Below are positions 57,657 to 64,000 of a stretch of DNA of 64,000 nt, in pieces. A program made the translations under genes and the position numbers. Under the pieces are notes generated by a model. That model was not told where the DNA came from. It worked only from the letters and a program-made list of their open reading frames with translations, and did no database searches. Each line of letters opens with the position of its first letter. Position 1 is the stretch's first letter. Location of the stretch: positions 2,914,001-2,978,000 of the forward strand of contig CM022674.1 of assembly GCA_012295275.1 (NCBI GenBank), written 5' to 3'. The DNA is from Chrysomallon squamiferum (lineage: Eukaryota > Animalia > Mollusca).

Positions 57657-58190
57657 CACAGGGTGTCTCAAAAGTAACCATCTTTTGTGTCATTTAATGT
57701 TATCTTTTGTACTATTCATTTACTTCTGTCAGTAGTAGTCTTTGGAATGATTTTTGTTACCTGATTGTAGTGTTCTTCGTGATCGAGACTTCTGTTTTAC
57801 TACTGTTCATGTTCTGATAGACGTTCCATGTTCTTTCTCTTGCAACTTGCTCTCCGGCCATTTGCTTTCTGTACTGCAATAGAGGCAGACGTTACACCCG
57901 AATCTTTTCGCTCATCTTATTGGTTTTGTTCCTACGTCATAGCTTGATTCGTATTCAGCGGGCGCTACTGGACTCTCCATGGTTTGACTTGAAATGGTAG
58001 CCTCACTCTTAAAAATGCAGCGAAGAACTTTAGATTTAAACGAACGTATCAAAAGGTGTCGTGATTGTATTGAAGTTCAAGGTAGAAATTTTGAACATTT
58101 GTAAATACTAAATAGACAGATTAAATTTGTTGTTTTTAATATCTAATTTTATTTAAGTTTGCGGTTCGGTTACTTTTGGGACACCCTGTG
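57657..58190 (+). mobile_element. Internally deleted Tc1/mariner-superfamily element with a transposase C-terminal remnant
   Basis: TIRs CACAGGGTGTCTCAAAAGTAACC / GGTTACTTTTGGGACACCCTGTG have TA flanks. 58045-58104 encodes RIKRCRDCIEVQGRNFEHL*, like the CI-x3-G-x2-FEHL tail of Tc1/mariner-group transposases. Confidence 0.85.
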
Positions 58191-58191
58191 T

Positions 58192-58382
<191 letters not shown>

Positions 58383-59085
58383 CAGAGAGAGTGAGAGAGA
58401 CAAAAAAAAACTAGTACGTGTAGTGTACGAAGACGTAAGAGAATTAATTAATTAATGAGGAAAAAAATAAACAACAAAACCGACCAACAACAACAACAAC
58501 AACCATGACAACAACAAAGAAAACAACACTGTGTTTATGTATAAACAATAATGGTGAGTTTATTTTTTTTTGGGGGGGGTTTGTTGTTGTTGCTGGTTGT
58601 TTTGTTTCTTTTGGTGTTGTTTGTTGTTTCATATACAAAGAAAAAAAAACAGAAAAAAATACTATCTCTTCCACTCTATGAACTTCCTTAAGATTTGCGT
58701 CATTGCTGATCATTTACAATTATTCTTATGTAATAAACACGCCTCGTTTTTTTCACCTTCATTCACGGAAATTACTCAATCGTTGATTAAAATTTCCAAT
58801 ACGTATTTTGACTCATTGTTCACTGCACTATCAGTTTCGTTACGCTTTTCGTTTATCACAGGACGTTGTCTTGTAACTGAATACCAGTCTATTTTCATTG
58901 TTTCACTCAATGACGTATTAAGATATTGATTAAGAGGTTTCTGTATGTTCCATTCGTCAAACGTAAACTTTTTTTTTTTTTGGCTCCTGTTTGTTTCTCA
59001 GGAGAAGCCTGAAAGGTAATTTGTTATAAAAAAAAAAAAATGAGTTGAAAAATAAAGCGAGAAAACAGATTTGTTATATGCGCGT

Positions 59086-59116
<31 letters not shown>

Positions 59117-60035
59117 CACACACACACACATATACATACATATATATATATATATATACACATACACACACACACACACACATACATAACTTCAGTGGTT
59201 CATAAGCAAACAAAAAGAAATTAAATGATAACAACAACAACAACAATAATAATAACAATAACAACAACAACAATAATAATAATAATAATAATAATAATAG
59301 TGGTATCGGTAGTAAATAAATAGCAGTAGTAGTAGCAGTAGTAGTTGTCGTAATAGTAGTAGTAGCAGAAATAGCGACAACAATTGAATAACAGTTCAAG
59401 AATATTAATTATTAATGAGTGTTTCGCGATGTCAACGTCGATGTTGAGGACGACGTAATAAGTCATTAACGTTACGCACTGTCACGACCTCTCCCCCTTC
59501 TTTGTTATCGATTATATTCTTCTTCCACTGTGACATAATACTTCTTGTATCGGGACTAACAAAAAATCAAGAACAAAAAAAAAAACAAAAAAAAAACAGA
59601 AGTTTAAATTGATTCAGAAAATTCAGTCCGTTATTGAAAAATACATTCATGGTACACAAATAGCATTTCATTACAACCATTTCTGGAAATGCCAGAAACT
59701 CGAAGAATATCGAAAATGATGGTCACCACGGAAACCGATCTAGGTGAGGCTGCATGCATTTGTCGACTCCACCCACCTATCTTGACGGGGGACATCACCT
59801 GCTTGTTTTTTTCAGATGTTATGAAAATAGACAGAAATGTATTGGCTTCGACCTCCTGGTTGCTCTTGGTTGTTAGGACAACAGCAGATCTGTATAAAAA
59901 GATGTTCTAGCAAAATTCCGGAATGTATGAATGAAGTAAAAAAAACAACACAAAAAACATAGGCGTGTTTTGGGACTCTTGCTTCATTCAGTATAATGAT
60001 AAAAATACACACACACACACGCACGCACACGCACG

Positions 60036-60066
<31 letters not shown>

Positions 60067-60671
60067 CTATAGACCCGTGACCATTTTTTCAGTTACAACA
60101 TTATAGGAAAGGTTAACAATCATTTATCTGATATTTAAATGATTAACGTTCATTTGCAGGTGCATTCGTTCTGTTAGTAACTTATTTTTTATGCGGTGTG
60201 AGTAACACAGAACAGTGAATTAGAAAATAAATAAAAACATTAAACGATCACGTGAAATCACATAAGAGAAAACAAACTAAATGTCCGTGCAGTTCGTGAA
60301 AAACTGACCACCAAATGGGGCAAACACAACTGGACAGGGTAAAGGTTGATCGTCCCCTTTCTGTGTGGTCAAAGGTCAGACTTCCTAAACAGTAAAAAAA
60401 AAAAAAAAAACAACCTTCCTACATCATACACCAAAAACCGTGCAGCAGTTAAAATCAATATTTTTCTTATATGTAAATATTTATCAAAACTGCGGCCTTA
60501 TACATCTCTAAAAAAAAACACCAAATAAGTCCGCATCCAAATGCTATTCTATCATGTGATTCAGATGCATAACTAAAATTAATTTTGTATAACGAAAGTA
60601 AACGTAAGATATACGTATAAACGGAAGAAGAAGAAGAAGAAGAAGAAGAAGAAGAAGAAGAAAAAGAACAA

Positions 60672-60704
<33 letters not shown>

Positions 60705-60742
60705 AAAACAAAAAATCTTGTTTTTATTTAAAATTTCTTCTT

Positions 60743-60773
<31 letters not shown>

Positions 60774-62429
60774 TTATTATTATTATTATTTGTTTGTTTT
60801 TTCTTTGTTCTATTTACAACTTCTTATCCCTCCTGTAAGCAAACAAACCCAGATCCGCCGGTTATACAATGCAGACAGACATTTTTTATTTATAATGTAG
60901 CAGGCGATGTTGACTTCATTCTCCAAACAACAGGGAAGGTCGGAATCTGCCCCAACGTGCTGGCGAGTTTATTTACTTTGATAGATCTATGTCGGCTAAA
61001 CTGTTGAAAGATACGAAAGGGTTTAAGAATGTCGAATACAAGATATATCAGATGGCCAAGAGCTTGTTTGTTTTATTCGGCTGCACCTGTTTAATACGAT
61101 CACCTTTTGTGGTGTAGTCAGTCGTTTCTGTCTATCAGTGTGTCAGTGTGTGTGTATGTGTGTGTGCGCGTGCGTGTCTTGTAGTGCGTGCATGCGTGCG
61201 TGTAGAATATAAATAGAAAGAAGTAAGGAAAGATAGACAGGCAGGCAGACAGGCAGACGGGATAGAAGATATAGAGATAGATAGATAGATAGATATAGAG
61301 ATAGATAGATAAAATGATAGATATACAGACAGATAAATAGATAGATAGATAGATAGATAGACACACATACATACTAAATAATTAAACAGATCAGGTTATT
61401 TTTAACTTATTATTAACTTAATAAAATAATTCGGTTGATAAATAATAAAGCTAATATGGACTTTGATTCTTACTGAACCCAACACTTTTATAACTACAAC
61501 ATCATATCAAGCGAAATATGTTCACGAATGATTAAACATTACCTACACTCTCAGCGCCTATCCACAGTTTTCTTTTTTAAATGACGTCATTTAATCAGCG
61601 TGACATCATACCATTATCAGAAACACCATAATAAATTACGCAGACATTTGTGAAAAAGCAAGAAGCTGCATTCGGAAAAAATTCATCGATAAGAGGATCG
61701 ATAATCGACGCCCATCAGCCTTGCTAATTTCCTATTCCAACTTCGGCAGCAGAAAAAAAAAAAACAATTCTGTAACCGGGATCGACAGAAAGGTGAGTAC
61801 TAATAAATATCACCTTACTGTTGCAAATAGCCACTGGCAAGTAAAAATTTCTTCTTTTTTTTTTCTTTTCATGTCTCTTGGCACACAGAAGCATACGGGA
61901 ATCTTAATTAATAATAATATAAATTAAAATAGAGCAAGAGGGATATCACCTAGAAGGCAAACGTTATTAGGGAATACGGTAAAATTTCGTATTTCCAATT
62001 TAGGTCTGTTAGCCGAACTCTCGGGCGTGAAATACGAGTGATATGTGCCCAGACGTACGTTGTTTTTTCATAGTGATATTACTCCGTTATTAACAGTCTG
62101 ACGGCATTGTAATAATATTTATACGGATTCTGATAGACAGGAGAAAGACCACTGGTGAATGTTACAGTACGACTCGGGTTTGTATTAGAATTAGTTGTTG
62201 TTAATCTTCATTGTCGTCGTCGTCATTATGATTATCATCACGTTTCATCGTCATTATTATTATTATTATCGTCATAATTATTTATTTAGTTTAGTTTAGT
62301 TTAGTTGTTATTGTTATTATTATTATTAGTAGTAGTAGTAGTTGTAGTACTAGTAGTAGTAGTAATAGTATACAGCTGTACATCGTTTTAGTATTTCTAA
62401 ACAGAACTAATCATAATATTAAGGAAAAT

Positions 62430-62558
<129 letters not shown>

Positions 62559-63342
62559 TGAGAGAACATATATAATGCACACAGATCCATACACACACAA
62601 GCACAGACACACACACACACATGCACACAAAACAGACATTTCCTTTCATATCATATTTATCCACACACAATCCTGTGTTCCGCATATTATACACATTTCT
62701 AAACAGCACATGGCTATTTTTTTTTTCTTCCAGTCTAAATTAAAAAAGTACAGAAGAAACTCGCATCTCGTTAACTGTTTCAAACCCTCAGAACGAAAAG
62801 GACAGTCAGAAACACATATAACGAAATACGAGCCATGCAATATCGTTCTGCAGAATCATCATCTACTACAGTGATTCTAGAATCGAACAGTCATTAATAT
62901 CGGTGCTGGTTTCTGACGCTCTAACCCGCGAATGAGGAAATCTAATCATACCAGTGAACGGCTTGTAGGAGGCATTGTATTTATAAAGTGTAAGATCACA
63001 CGGAATTAGTATGTGCTGTTTAGTTAGGTCCAGAACGGTCGTTTTCTGTTTTAAGTTTATTTTTAAGCACGAAAAGTGCGTAACTAAGTACGTTGCATTA
63101 CTACTGCGTTAGAAATCTTGATAATATTTTTATTAATATAATGTTTTGGTTACAGAATTAACACATCACTTTTCTTTTCTTTCTTTTTTTTATATATATA
63201 TTTAATATGATAAATTAAATGATGCTAATATTCTGTGATATTAAAGTATTTCTAATTTTATGGAATCATTAGTAACATTTCTGAAACAATTATTCATCAC
63301 AGAATTAACTTTCTGAAACATTGATCTACGACGTATCTGCTG

Positions 63343-63712
63343 CTTGTTTCACTGGTTCGTTGGTACACTGGCTGTTTCATTGGTTGTTTCACTGGTTCGT
63401 TGGTACACTGGCTGTTTCATTGATTGTTTCATTGGTTCGTTGGTACACTGGCTGTTTCACTGGTTCGTTGGTACACTGGCTGTTTCATTGGTTGTTTCAT
63501 TGGTTCGTTGGTACACTGGCTGTTTCATTGGTTGTTTCATTGGTTCGTTGGTACAGTGGCTGTTTCACTGATTCGTTGGTACATTGGTTGTTTGATTGGT
63601 TCGTTGGTACACTGGCTGTTTCACTGATTCGTTGGTACATTGCCTGTTTCATTGATTCGTTGGTACACTGGCTGTTTCTTTGGTTGTTTCACTGGTTCGT
63701 TGGTTCACTAGT
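63343..63712. repeat. Minisatellite built from 28 bp (tgtttcactggttcgttggtacactggc) and 12 bp (tgtttcattggt) modules
   Basis: Directly visible repeats. They produce the repetitive GSLVHWLFHW ORFs. Confidence 0.92.
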
Positions 63713-63931
63713 TACCTCATTTCCTGATTTTTTTTCTTAGTTGACAGTGTGGTACATTAGCTGATTGTTCTTTTTTTTTTTTCTTAATTATTTTTTAAAT
63801 TTTATTTATTTATTTTTTGTTTTTTTACTAAATACGCTTGTTTTCACTCGCCAAATGTTTGTCTTGCCTGCTACTTGATTAGCGTATGTAGCCAGTTTTA
63901 CTTTTTAAAACTTTTAAAAGTATTGCTATTA

Positions 63932-63962
<31 letters not shown>

Positions 63963-64000
63963 CTTTTTTCTAAATGTTGCAAAGCTTCAGGGAATCGCGG

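Noticed and set aside
63321-63740. CRISPR-like array or Trp/His-rich protein
   Set aside because: The repeats are contiguous with no unique spacers, the context is eukaryotic, and the ORFs are minisatellite artefacts.

Overview
AT-rich, microsatellite-dense eukaryotic DNA from an animal. A lophotrochozoan, probably a mollusc, is my inference from gene content and repeat style. The first 17.5 kb hold three compact, intron-containing genes for mitochondrial proteins: a class I (Fe-S, FumA/FumB-type) fumarate hydratase on the minus strand (12 coding exons), MRPL47 (minus, 5 exons) and PHB2 (plus, 8 exons). MRPL47 and PHB2 are head-to-head. The most striking feature is in the otherwise intact fumarase gene: one extra nucleotide in the active-site motif KGGGSANK gives AAC-TAA-A, an in-frame stop that a +1 shift would bypass. 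This is a candidate antizyme-like programmed frameshift, but could be an assembly error or null allele. PHB2 has a minor-spliceosome AT-AC intron that hosts a U85-family C/D-H/ACA scaRNA. In the remaining ~46 kb I found no recognisable protein-coding exon. It contains a ~10 kb A-B-A-B tandem array, two Tc1/mariner-superfamily non-autonomous elements, candidate promoters/non-coding exons, an apparent excess of CRE palindromes and many simple repeats. All calls are by eye; no searches were run.
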